Shown piece after piece: positions 39,985 through 50,615 of a DNA stretch of 64,000 bases. The DNA lies in NCBI GenBank assembly GCA_041661605.1, contig JBAZUE010000001.1, forward strand, positions 670,928 through 734,927, in the 5' to 3' direction. Below the pieces are notes generated by a model. That model was not told the origin of the DNA, made no database searches, and saw only the letters and a program-made list of their open reading frames with translations. Made by a program: the position numbers and the translations under genes. Numbering within the stretch: position 1 is the first letter of the stretch; each line of letters begins with the position of its first letter. The DNA is from Candidatus Omnitrophota bacterium. Lineage in GTDB: Bacteria > Omnitrophota > Gorgyraeia > Gygaellales > Profunditerraquicolaceae.

Positions 39985-41277
39985 CTAGCGTGACAAAGCT
40001 CTTAACTCTGCCTTTTCAATAAATGCTTCAATATCCGGGTTGTCCTGGTCAAAAACCTGGGCGTCTAAAGCTTCCTTGATTGCCGCAGCCAAATCTCCTT
40101 TGTCAAAATTCTGCCTGGCTTTAGTAAAATGGTCCTGGGCAAGCGCTTTATCATCATTAGCAAGTGAAGATCTGTAGTCTGAGACATCTTTCATCAAGCC
40201 TAACACTTCTGCTTCCTGAGTATCGGTAACCGGGCTGCTGGATAAAACCGCCCGAATATCCCTAACCCGGTTAGCAGCCTTCAATTTCCAGGGGTCATCG
40301 TCGGCGCCTAACTCTGCGCGCTTTGACCAATAAAACTCCGCTTTCTCCAGGTTGCGCTGTTTTTCATATAAAAGCGCTATGTTAACATAAGCGCTTAACA
40401 ATGTAGGATCAAGCTTGAGCGACTTCAAATAACTATCTTCTGCCCGCTCAGGAAAACCAGCTCCTTCGTAAATAACCCCTAAATCATTATACGCAATAGG
40501 ACTTCCCGGTTCCAAATCTATTCTTTCAATAAACTCCTTTATCTCCGGGTTATTCTGGTCTAAAAACTGGGCATCCAATGCTTCTTTGAGGGCCGCAGTC
40601 AATTTCATTTTTTTATAGTATTGATTTGCTTTACGCAAATGATAGCGGGCTTGTTTCTGATCAACTTTATTGAAAGCGGACTTGTATACTGAGACATCTT
40701 TGATCAAACCTAAAACATCATCTTCTAAAGCATCGGCAACCGGCCTGTTTGATAAGACAGCGCGGATATCTTTAAACCGGTTAGCTGCCTTCTGGGTCCA
40801 GGGATCGTCAAAAGAACCTAACTCCGCCCTTTTAGCCCAATAAAATGCAGCTCTTTCCAAATCCCGCTGCTCTTCATACAAAAGAGCTATATTAGTATAA
40901 GCGCTTAAATAACCGGGGTCAACCTTGATTGCCTTGAAATAGCTGTCTTTTGCCCGGTCAGGATAACCGGCTGCTTCGTAAATAACCCCTAGATCATTAT
41001 ATGCGACCGCATACCCGGGGTCTACAGCAATAGCCTTCTGATACAAACTCATTGCCTCAGGCAAATTACCCATGCGCTGCTTTGCCAGTCCTTCTTCGCG
41101 ATACTGTCTGGCTTGAGCCGACAAATCCCCCACACCTTCTCTACTTGAAGTATTATTCTGTTCTTCTTGGGCAAAAATCAACCCATTAAAACAAAAAATA
41201 GATAATGTGATGATTGAAATAAATACGAATTTTGGCAGGAGGCGAATGTTCATTTTTATTGCATTAATTATATACAC
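39985..41277 (-). CDS. Secreted/membrane-anchored TPR protein with an internal 170-aa duplication
   Basis: N-terminal hydrophobic signal/anchor (FVFISIITLSIFCFNGLIFA); TPR-like AYNDLGVIYEAAG... units. Confidence 0.7.
   Translation of the reverse strand: MYIINAIKMNIRLLPKFVFISIITLSIFCFNGLIFAQEEQNNTSSREGVGDLSAQARQYREEGLAKQRMGNLPEAMSLYQKAIAVDPGYAVAYNDLGVIYEAAGYPDRAKDSYFKAIKVDPGYLSAYTNIALLYEEQRDLERAAFYWAKRAELGSFDDPWTQKAANRFKDIRAVLSNRPVADALEDDVLGLIKDVSVYKSAFNKVDQKQARYHLRKANQYYKKMKLTAALKEALDAQFLDQNNPEIKEFIERIDLEPGSPIAYNDLGVIYEGAGFPERAEDSYLKSLKLDPTLLSAYVNIALLYEKQRNLEKAEFYWSKRAELGADDDPWKLKAANRVRDIRAVLSSSPVTDTQEAEVLGLMKDVSDYRSSLANDDKALAQDHFTKARQNFDKGDLAAAIKEALDAQVFDQDNPDIEAFIEKAELRALSR
39988..41007 (-). 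repeat. Coding tandem duplication, 2 x 510 nt
   Basis: aa 91-260 and aa 261-430 align collinearly (AYNDLGVIYE.AG.P.RA.DSY...ALLYE.QR.LE.A.FYW.KRAELG..DDPW...AANR..DIRAVLS...). Confidence 0.85.
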
Positions 41278-41307
41278 TTAATAAGGTTACGTCAAGAAAT
41301 ATCTGTT

Positions 41308-43875
41308 TCAAATAATCGGCTCCATACTTAGCGCCGGATGCCCCGCCTTATTTAAAAACACCAGGAGCTCTTCAGAACTGATTGCGGCTGTTTCATCGGC
41401 AATTTTATCCAATAAATCCGCCTGGCCAATCTCTTCAGCCCTCTTTCTTAACTTATCCGCCAATACTTCTTTCAACTCCCTGGGCATCCAAACCACTCTT
41501 TTTAACCCGCCTTCGGCTGAAATAAATTTTTTGCTTGTTATATATAATTTACCCACGCCTAGAAAACCGGGAGTCTGCACTCCCCCTCCGACAGATCCGG
41601 CTAAAGTAGTAAAACTCATCCCGGAAGGAGTAAGCCCGGAATAATCACGGTGCACGATCATCACCCCGTTTGCCTCAGGGACAATCGCCACAATACATTC
41701 AAAACATCCACAGGATGACTGCGGCCCATCCATCAGGGAATACATGCTTACCGCATCAATAGTCTTGTTTGATTTTTGCTGCACGAATTGATTAACATTA
41801 TCCCATTGCCCAAGCCTGGCATCCAGGAGATTCCCCTTTTCAACCGGCTGGTTAGGCCCGGTTGGAGTAATCTCAAAAGATGCCTTTGCATCAAGCCAAG
41901 AATATGCCCCGCATAAACCTAAGCGCTCAGGTGTAACGATACAAACATGGTTTGGGGCAAAAGACTGGCATAATAAACAGGAGTAAAATGTATCCACGCT
42001 TTCGTCGGTCATCCCGGCCAGCCGTTCATCGCGTTCATTAAATACTTTTTGCGCACCTGTAATCAAATTCTCCACATCAGCCTGATTAGTATAAATCCTG
42101 ACCTGCACCTTATCTACTATAGCGCTATACTCCTGATGGAGCATTGCATGCAAAATAACCCCCAGATGCTTAAGCCTGAAACCTTTGGTAAAGGCATCTT
42201 TAGAGATACGGATCCAAACCATATCGCGCTGGCCCATATGCATCAACCCCATGGCATAATTTACAAAACGATGGATCTGACGTTCCAGGATCGGTTCAAA
42301 ATCCTTCTGCATTTTACGGCCAAAAACATCAACGACAATCCCCAGGGGTAATGATTTTGAGCCCGGAGGTAATTGATCAATATCAGGTCCGCTTAATTCT
42401 ACTTTACCGTCTTCAACGCCTGTCTCATCTTTAATGCTTAAAAATTCGATAGCCGTACTTGCCTTACCTCCAAATTCAACCGATAATTGTTCCCTGCGCA
42501 CACGCTCGCCTTCAAATGCCGCGGCATACGGCACAGGCACAGCTACTTCAGACACCTTTACTTTTATCCCGCGGGTCAATATACATTTAGATGGAAGTTT
42601 TTGATAATCTTTTTCCGTCACCAAAGCCTCAAACAAAGTGGTATCAATTTTAGGTAACTGCGGAACATCTAAATCGGTAATTATAGGCAGCCCAAAAGCC
42701 AGAACCCCTAAACCGGTAGCCACTAAAACTTCGTCAACATGGCTAAGCAAAAGGACAAATGCCGGCACACGGTTACGTATATAATCCGCAACCTCCTCCC
42801 ATTGCCCGGGTTTATTGCCTCCATAAATAAGAGGGGCACGCGCCGCGAAGTTCACCGCATAGATCGCGGACAGATAGTCTTCTCCCAACTCAACAATGTA
42901 ATTCTCAAGGCCAAGTTCAACACCTTTGTTCTCGAGTTGCTGCTTAAAAGTAACGCCATTAAGATTTCCCGCAAGCAAACTGACAATACTCCTGGATTGG
43001 AAATTACGGATTAAATCCACGGCTGATTGCTCATCTTTGGCCGGCCCAAGAATTACGGCAATTCCGGAGATCCTGCCATCAACTAATTGCAGGCCCAGGG
43101 ACCTAAGGACTTTGTCCGGGATAAAACCTATTCCGCCTTTAGGGTGTTCGTGATTTAACACCGCTAAAGCCGCTAAAATCTCTTCACAAATTAAAGTGGC
43201 TACTCCTTTGTTTAAAACTCCGCCTAAACTGTTGATAATCAGGCCTCCGGATGTTGGCTGATTTTTAGCCAGGGCTTCGGCCTGGGAAAAAGCAAGTAAA
43301 CAATCTCCCAGAGTTTTAACTTCAATATTCAATAAAGCATTAATCAGGGGCAGATAATAATTTGTCTCAGGAAATCCAATTTTTTCGCTTTGGCCTTTTT
43401 GGCTGACCGCCTTATCCAGGGCCTGACGGGTAATACCTAAGACCGCCTCCGTCCCTTTAGTCCCAAGCTGCAAAAGTAAATCCGCCATGTTTTCTCCCTT
43501 ATTCGAATCCTGCACTTTATCAGTAATCGTTTTATCCAAAAATAAAACTAAACAGACCCCGATGGCTTTTCCGTTCTTAAATTTAACCGCCTCCGCCCTG
43601 CCTTCTCCTACAATCTCCTGGATCGGGCTGTCTATTATTTCAATATCTGCAGGCAGCTGTTTTGGATTTTGGGGTTTATCTGGACTTACAAGTTTAACCC
43701 CGACCTTATATTTCTCATGGATTAACTCGGCTAGCTTAAAGGCTGAATTAACCGGACCTTCAATGCAGACAGTATCATTAATATGATACTCGTCGAGTTT
43801 TTTAAAATCATCCTCGGAACTCAGTAAAACTACCCCTTTTTTCCTGGCTCCGGGTATCTGCGGTAAGTTTGACAT
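41308..43875 (-). CDS. acsB: Acetyl-CoA synthase catalytic subunit (AcsB/CdhC-type, A-cluster) with a 129-codon in-frame N-terminal extension
   Basis: FYSCLLCQSFAPNHVCIVTPERLGLCGAYSWLDAKAS and SSCGCFECIVAIVPE A-cluster motifs; collinear with my recollection of the Moorella AcsB sequence (~729 aa). An alternative start ATG at 43488 (AAGGGAGAaaacATG) would give 726 aa. Confidence 0.9.
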   Translation of the reverse strand: MSNLPQIPGARKKGVVLLSSEDDFKKLDEYHINDTVCIEGPVNSAFKLAELIHEKYKVGVKLVSPDKPQNPKQLPADIEIIDSPIQEIVGEGRAEAVKFKNGKAIGVCLVLFLDKTITDKVQDSNKGENMADLLLQLGTKGTEAVLGITRQALDKAVSQKGQSEKIGFPETNYYLPLINALLNIEVKTLGDCLLAFSQAEALAKNQPTSGGLIINSLGGVLNKGVATLICEEILAALAVLNHEHPKGGIGFIPDKVLRSLGLQLVDGRISGIAVILGPAKDEQSAVDLIRNFQSRSIVSLLAGNLNGVTFKQQLENKGVELGLENYIVELGEDYLSAIYAVNFAARAPLIYGGNKPGQWEEVADYIRNRVPAFVLLLSHVDEVLVATGLGVLAFGLPIITDLDVPQLPKIDTTLFEALVTEKDYQKLPSKCILTRGIKVKVSEVAVPVPYAAAFEGERVRREQLSVEFGGKASTAIEFLSIKDETGVEDGKVELSGPDIDQLPPGSKSLPLGIVVDVFGRKMQKDFEPILERQIHRFVNYAMGLMHMGQRDMVWIRISKDAFTKGFRLKHLGVILHAMLHQEYSAIVDKVQVRIYTNQADVENLITGAQKVFNERDERLAGMTDESVDTFYSCLLCQSFAPNHVCIVTPERLGLCGAYSWLDAKASFEITPTGPNQPVEKGNLLDARLGQWDNVNQFVQQKSNKTIDAVSMYSLMDGPQSSCGCFECIVAIVPEANGVMIVHRDYSGLTPSGMSFTTLAGSVGGGVQTPGFLGVGKLYITSKKFISAEGGLKRVVWMPRELKEVLADKLRKRAEEIGQADLLDKIADETAAISSEELLVFLNKAGHPALSMEPII

Positions 43876-43894
43876 GTTTATGCGGCGAATTTTC

Positions 43895-44764
43895 TTATAA
43901 ACCAGAGGCCTCTAAAACTTGAGGCACAATCTTATTCCAGCCGATAGGCATAATATGAATGCCCCGGCACATCGGTCTCAATTTTTTAATCAGCCGGCTG
44001 GCAATCTCAACTGAAGCAGCCGCTTTATCCTTAGCTTCTTCCATTTCTTTGATCAATTCATCCGGCACAAATACCCCGGCTACATGCTTATTCATATAAC
44101 GGGCCATACTCGCTGATTTTAACAAAACAATTCCTGCCATAACCGGCACTTTTAGATGCTTTGTCTTGGCGATGAAATTCTCAAATAACCCGATGTCATA
44201 TACCGCTTGAGTCTGAAAGAATTCAGCCCCGGCGGTAATTTTTTTTTCCATCTTCATAATCTGAGGCCCTAAAGGGTCAGCCCCCGGATTAACCACTGCG
44301 CCAAGGCAGAATTTCGGCGCAGGTCCATCCAGTTTATTCTGCTTCATATCGTGCCCAGACTCCAATCTTCTGGCTACCTGCAATAATTGCACTGAATCCA
44401 AATCGAAAACAGGCTTAGCTTCAGGATGGTCTCCCAGGATTGGATGGTCTCCGGTCAGAATTGAAACATTCTGAATTCCCAGCGCAGCCGCGGATAATAA
44501 ATCTGATTGCAGGGCCAGGCGGTTACGGTCACGGCAGGTCAACTGATAAATCGGCTCAAAACCTTTTTGTTTAAGCAGATAGCTTACGACAAGAGAACCC
44601 AGACGCATTACCGAACTCTGCAGGTCCGTCACATTTACCGCGTCAATATTGGCGCGCAGGTACTCTGCCTCCTGAAGCAATTGCTCTGTATGGATACCTT
44701 TAGCCGGGCCGACCTCTGAAGTAATAAGAAATTTTCCCGCCTGTATTTTTTCTTTAAATGTCAT
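43895..44764 (-). CDS. metF: Methylenetetrahydrofolate reductase (MetF, short type)
   Basis: 289 aa; MTHFR TIM-barrel pattern (SEVGPAKG, YQLTCRDRNR, LTGDHP). Confidence 0.85.
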   Translation of the reverse strand: MTFKEKIQAGKFLITSEVGPAKGIHTEQLLQEAEYLRANIDAVNVTDLQSSVMRLGSLVVSYLLKQKGFEPIYQLTCRDRNRLALQSDLLSAAALGIQNVSILTGDHPILGDHPEAKPVFDLDSVQLLQVARRLESGHDMKQNKLDGPAPKFCLGAVVNPGADPLGPQIMKMEKKITAGAEFFQTQAVYDIGLFENFIAKTKHLKVPVMAGIVLLKSASMARYMNKHVAGVFVPDELIKEMEEAKDKAAASVEIASRLIKKLRPMCRGIHIMPIGWNKIVPQVLEASGL

Positions 44765-44789
44765 TATATTTTTACCCAGGGATATAGAT

Positions 44790-45632
44790 CTATTGCTGCG
44801 CCTTAGCCGCCTCGACTAGATTACGCATTAGCATTGTTACGGTCAACGGCCCCACCCCTCCGGGAACAGGAGTGATATATGCGGCGCGTTTTTGGGCTGG
44901 TTCAAACTCCACATCGCCTACGATTTTATCGTCAACTCTGTTGATGCCGACATCAACAACAATTGAGCCTTCTTTGATCCAATCTCCCTTAATTAAACCG
45001 GCCTTACCGACAGCTACGATAAGGACTTCGGCCCTTCTTACATGCTCCTCAAGCTTTCCGGCCTTGCTGGTGCCGATATGGCAGATGGTTACCGTGGCAA
45101 ATTTATCTAATAACAAAAGCGCAAGCGGCTTACCTACAATCTCGCTGTGGCCGACAACTACTGCTTCCTTCCCATATAAGTCTACACCGGTAGAATTCAA
45201 TAGCTCCATTACGGAGCTGGCCGTGCAGGAAACAACCCTGGGCCTGCTGAAAAACAGCTTGCCTGTGTTCTCCGGATGAACGCCCTCGACATCTTTAATC
45301 GGCAGGATAACCTCACTTATTTTCCTGTAATCTATATGCCGGGGAAGAGGCATTTGCACAATAATCCCGTTCACAGATTTATCTGCATTAAGTTTGAGAA
45401 TAAAATCTATCAAAGCCTTCTCGGTAATTTCCTGGTCCAGTTGAAACAGTTTATAAACTATGCCCAGGCCTTCAGCGGCTTTAACCTGAGATTTCACATA
45501 AGTAGTCGCGCCGGCATTATCTCCTACCAAAATACTTGCCAAAACCGGTTCCTGCTTTAAGTTTAACACCTGGTTTTTTATCTCCTGCTTGATCTTTTCA
45601 GCTACAGGCTTACCCTCTAATAACCTTGCCAA
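44790..45632 (-). CDS. folD: Bifunctional methylene-THF dehydrogenase / methenyl-THF cyclohydrolase
   Basis: ILVGDNAGATTYVKSQVKAAE, GIIVQMPLP, VVVGHSEIVGKPLALLL, TPVPGGVGPLTV motifs. Confidence 0.95.
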   Translation of the reverse strand: MARLLEGKPVAEKIKQEIKNQVLNLKQEPVLASILVGDNAGATTYVKSQVKAAEGLGIVYKLFQLDQEITEKALIDFILKLNADKSVNGIIVQMPLPRHIDYRKISEVILPIKDVEGVHPENTGKLFFSRPRVVSCTASSVMELLNSTGVDLYGKEAVVVGHSEIVGKPLALLLLDKFATVTICHIGTSKAGKLEEHVRRAEVLIVAVGKAGLIKGDWIKEGSIVVDVGINRVDDKIVGDVEFEPAQKRAAYITPVPGGVGPLTVTMLMRNLVEAAKAQQ

Positions 45633-46173
45633 CGCCAGCCTCCGTATTTTTACGAATCCTCTGGATAATCTTGTTTTTCTGGTTTAACTCTTTCTTTATG
45701 CCCTGAGCCAATTTTTTCTGGCCCAGATTCTTTAAATTAATCTCTACATTAAAGGAAGCCGCGACAAAAGCCGATTCAAAGAAAACTGCCGCTACCGCGA
45801 CATCACTGATCAAATTAACATTGCTTTTTTTTATCAACGGCGGGCATAATTTAGCTGCCTCGCAACAGAGCCTTGCCAACATCAACGGCACATCCAAAGC
45901 CTTACGGATATCCCTGCTTTGGTAAGCAACTACATCCAGATCCACCAGATCCAGAAAATCTTTTCTTAATTTCTCGGATTTTATCAGAATTTTATTTAAC
46001 TCTGCTTCAAATGCGGCATATTTAGGTTTTCCCAGGGTAAAATGAACCACCATGCTGATTAAACTGGCTCCCATAGCCGCATTCAAGGCCGCAGCAGAAC
46101 CTCCGCCGGGAGCGGCAAGCTTAGCGGAAAGGTCATCCAAATATTTAATTAAGCTTTGCTTTTTATATTCCAT
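45610..46173 (-). CDS. fchA: Cyclodeaminase/cyclohydrolase family protein (FchA / FTCD_C-like)
   Basis: LAAPGGGSAAALNAAMGASLISMV motif; position upstream of folD-metF as in acetogen methyl-branch clusters. Confidence 0.8.
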   Translation of the reverse strand: MEYKKQSLIKYLDDLSAKLAAPGGGSAAALNAAMGASLISMVVHFTLGKPKYAAFEAELNKILIKSEKLRKDFLDLVDLDVVAYQSRDIRKALDVPLMLARLCCEAAKLCPPLIKKSNVNLISDVAVAAVFFESAFVAASFNVEINLKNLGQKKLAQGIKKELNQKNKIIQRIRKNTEAGVGKVIRG

Positions 46174-46177
46174 AGTT

Positions 46178-46588
46178 TTAAATGCTGAAGTTAGGATTTA
46201 ATTCAAAAGCATTCTCGATCAATTCAATCCTGGGTAAATCTTTTGTATATAAAAGCGAAACCACGTCAAAACGCGCCGGCCGCTCTAAAAAATTATTTTC
46301 TTTCAAATAGCAAATTGCTGCTTTGGAAATCTGCCTTTGTTTTGCCGAAGAAACAGCTTCTTCCGGTTCCCCAAATAAACTTGAATGCCTTGCCTTTACT
46401 TCCACAAAACAAATAACGCCTTTATTTTCCGCGATTATATCTATTTCCCCAAGCTTGGTTTTATAATTACGCATGATGAGCTTATATCCCAAGCCTTGCA
46501 GGAATTTTGCTGCCGCGTTTTCAGCTTGTTTACCAAATTCTAAATTCTTTCCAGGCACTTTAGAAAACTCTTTCGGTGTATTGGGCAA
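46178..46588 (-). CDS. yraN: YraN family endonuclease (UPF0102)
   Basis: GKQAENAAAKFLQGLGYKLIMRNYKTKLGEIDIIA...FVEVK pattern; the listed start overlaps rnhB by 49 nt. Confidence 0.8.
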   Translation of the reverse strand: MPNTPKEFSKVPGKNLEFGKQAENAAAKFLQGLGYKLIMRNYKTKLGEIDIIAENKGVICFVEVKARHSSLFGEPEEAVSSAKQRQISKAAICYLKENNFLERPARFDVVSLLYTKDLPRIELIENAFELNPNFSI

Positions 46589-47154
46589 GGGCCTATCCTT
46601 TTTAGAATCATGCGGTGCTCGGCCGTAGGGTAGCCTTTATGTTTATCAAAATTATACCGGGGGTAAATCTTATGAAACTTTTCCATAAGGGCATCTCTAT
46701 GCACCTTAGCAAGTATGGAAGAAGCGGCAATACTTAAAGATTTGGCGTCTCCTTTGACGATACTCTGATAAGGAAGGCTTAACTTTAGCCGCATATTGCC
46801 ATCGATAATTATGAATACGCGCTTTAACTCCAAGGAGCTTAATTGCTCTAGCAGCCCGGAGATTGCCTTTTGCATGGCTAAAATTGTAGCTTGCAGGATA
46901 TTTATGCGATCGATCTGTTTATGATTTACCGCTGCAATAGCATACAGAGATTTATTCTTTATTTCAAAGAACGCGCATCTTCTTTTTGCGGGGCTTAATT
47001 TCTTTGAATCATCAATACGGTTACAGAAATTATAACCCTTTAACAACACTGCCGCAGCTACTACCGGACCGGCTAACGGCCCCCTGCCTGCCTCATCTAC
47101 GCCGATAATTAAATCGTAACCTTTATTTCTCAGCTTTCTTTCGTAGCGCAGCAC
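46540..47154 (-). CDS. rnhB: Ribonuclease HII
   Basis: IIGVDEAGRGPLAGPVV, DSKKLS, ASILAKV motifs. Confidence 0.92.
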   Translation of the reverse strand: MLRYERKLRNKGYDLIIGVDEAGRGPLAGPVVAAAVLLKGYNFCNRIDDSKKLSPAKRRCAFFEIKNKSLYAIAAVNHKQIDRINILQATILAMQKAISGLLEQLSSLELKRVFIIIDGNMRLKLSLPYQSIVKGDAKSLSIAASSILAKVHRDALMEKFHKIYPRYNFDKHKGYPTAEHRMILKRIGPCPIHRKSFLKCLERI

Positions 47155-47510
47155 TAATTTGCTTTTTCTTCTTTGCTCTCTATCTTAGTGGCATGCTTGC
47201 CGATCTTTTTTCTTAAATAATAAAGTTTGGCCCTTCTTACCTTTCCCGAACGGATAACCTCAATACGTTCAATGCTCGGAGAATATAAAGGGAATACGCG
47301 CTCAATCCCTTCCCCAAAGGAAACTTTTCTTACCGTAAAATTAAGCTTTATCCCTGAACCGTTTTTGGAAATCACCACTCCCTCGAATGGATGCAGGCGG
47401 AATTTATCCACCCCTTCGGGGATCTTGGTAAGAACCTTCACCGTGTCTCCAACATTAAACTGCGGCACTTCTTTCTTCGTAAAACCTGCTTCAATTGTCT
47501 TAATATCCAT
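47154..47510 (-). CDS. rplS: 50S ribosomal protein L19
   Basis: 118 aa; FNVGDTVKV...[10 protein letters not shown]...[36 protein letters not shown]. Confidence 0.95.
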   Translation of the reverse strand: MDIKTIEAGFTKKEVPQFNVGDTVKVLTKIPEGVDKFRLHPFEGVVISKNGSGIKLNFTVRKVSFGEGIERVFPLYSPSIERIEVIRSGKVRRAKLYYLRKKIGKHATKIESKEEKAN

Positions 47511-47532
47511 TACTACTGCCTCCTTTAAATGA

Positions 47533-47605
47533 ACACTTGACTTACGAATACGCAGTATGAGTAAGTCAATGTGTGAATTTATTCCGCCGAATAAGTGAGG
47601 CGGAA
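47533..47605 (-). other. Two hairpins between trmD and rplS (terminator/processing/leader candidates)
   Basis: ATTCCGCC/GGCGGAAT (47580-47605) and CACTTGACTTAC/GTAAGTCAA(t)GTG (47533-47572); no U-tract on the minus strand; followed by the AAAGGAGG SD of rplS. Confidence 0.4.
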
Positions 47606-47613
47606 TCTTAACC

Positions 47614-49881
<2,268 letters not shown>

Positions 49882-49921
49882 TTTACCCTCCCAATCTAAT
49901 CTTATGCGGATCCTGTCGAGG

Positions 49922-50000
49922 CTTGTCTCTCGCAGCACCGCTTGCCTGCCGTCAGGCAGGCTTGCTCGCCCCAAGCGTGGCTCGCTGCGCTAAGAAGACA
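49922..50000. repeat. GC-rich imperfect palindromic element, copy a (79 nt)
   Basis: Termini CTTGTCTCTCGCAGC ... GCTGCGCTAAGAAGACA pair with each other; internal GCCTGCC-GTCA-GGCAGGC hairpin; left end matches the element at 50437 (CTTGTnTCTCGCAG). Confidence 0.6.
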
Positions 50001-50053
50001 CCCCGTTAGATTCTACCTTTCTTGGCGTCTATTATAATGGAAAGGAGAACAAA

Positions 50054-50404
50054 ATGAAAGAGCTAATACCCGAAGAATTAATAGGGCACAAGATATTCCT
50101 GCTAAGAAACCAAAAGGTTATGCTAAGCATCCACCTTGCAAAGCTTTACGGTGTTCAAGTAAAAGTCTTAATGCAGGCGGTAAAACGCAATAGCGAAAGA
50201 TTTCCTGAGGATTTTATGTTCCAGCTAACTCCAGGAGAAGCCCAATCTTCAAGGTCACAATTTGTGACCTTGAACAATAAGGATTTTAAACAAAGAAAGG
50301 TTTCTAAGCATGACGAAAATATCCGGAATATTTTTGAAGCCATACACCAACTTATGGCCCCGCCCGAAAAACTCAAACGCAGAATAGGATTTCATACGGA
50401 TTAA
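50054..50404 (+). CDS. ORF6N-domain protein (KilA-N-related, MGE-associated), apparently internally deleted
   Basis: N-terminus IFLLRNQKVMLSIHLAKLYGVQVKVLMQAVKRNSERFPEDFMFQL and C-terminus IFEAIHQLMAPPEKLKRRIGF match the family as I recall it. The usual ~60-70 aa between ...SQFVT and the C-terminal helix seem to be missing. Strong SD (GGAAAGGAG). Confidence 0.7.
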   Translation: MKELIPEELIGHKIFLLRNQKVMLSIHLAKLYGVQVKVLMQAVKRNSERFPEDFMFQLTPGEAQSSRSQFVTLNNKDFKQRKVSKHDENIRNIFEAIHQLMAPPEKLKRRIGFHTD

Positions 50405-50436
50405 CAACCAGCCAACTTGATATAATTACAAGCGTC

Positions 50437-50584
50437 TGTCTTGTCTTGTTTCTCGCAGGGACGCTCGTTTGCCCCGGCGTGGCAAACTTCGCTCGGGTTT
50501 CGCCTCGCTCTACCTACTTCGTATATAGCCGGGTATCCTTGCCCGCTCGGCCTGCAAACGCCCTGCTTAGAAACAAGCCAAGCC
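50437..50584. repeat. GC-rich imperfect palindromic element, copy b (148 nt), between convergent ORF6N and HNH genes
   Basis: GTCTTGTCTTGTTTCTCGCAGGG ... CCCTGCTTAGAAACAAGCCAAGCC (~20-bp closing stem); internal GTTTGCC-x7-GGCAAAC hairpin; shares end motifs with 49922-50000. Confidence 0.6.
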
Positions 50585-50615
50585 AGCCTCTATATGGGAA
50601 TTACACGTCCATTTA

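Noticed and set aside
49882-49974. 31-codon N-terminal extension of the flavodoxin ORF (MGRASLPDGRQAVLRETSLDRIRIRLDWEGK).
   Set aside because: It is a translation of the GC-rich palindromic element. The internal ATG at 49881 has a strong SD (GGGAGG) and starts the canonical flavodoxin N-terminus MNTLITYYS.
50155-50376. 73-aa minus-strand ORF antisense to the ORF6N gene.
   Set aside because: It lies inside a gene with recognisable family motifs and a strong SD on the plus strand. There is no independent support.
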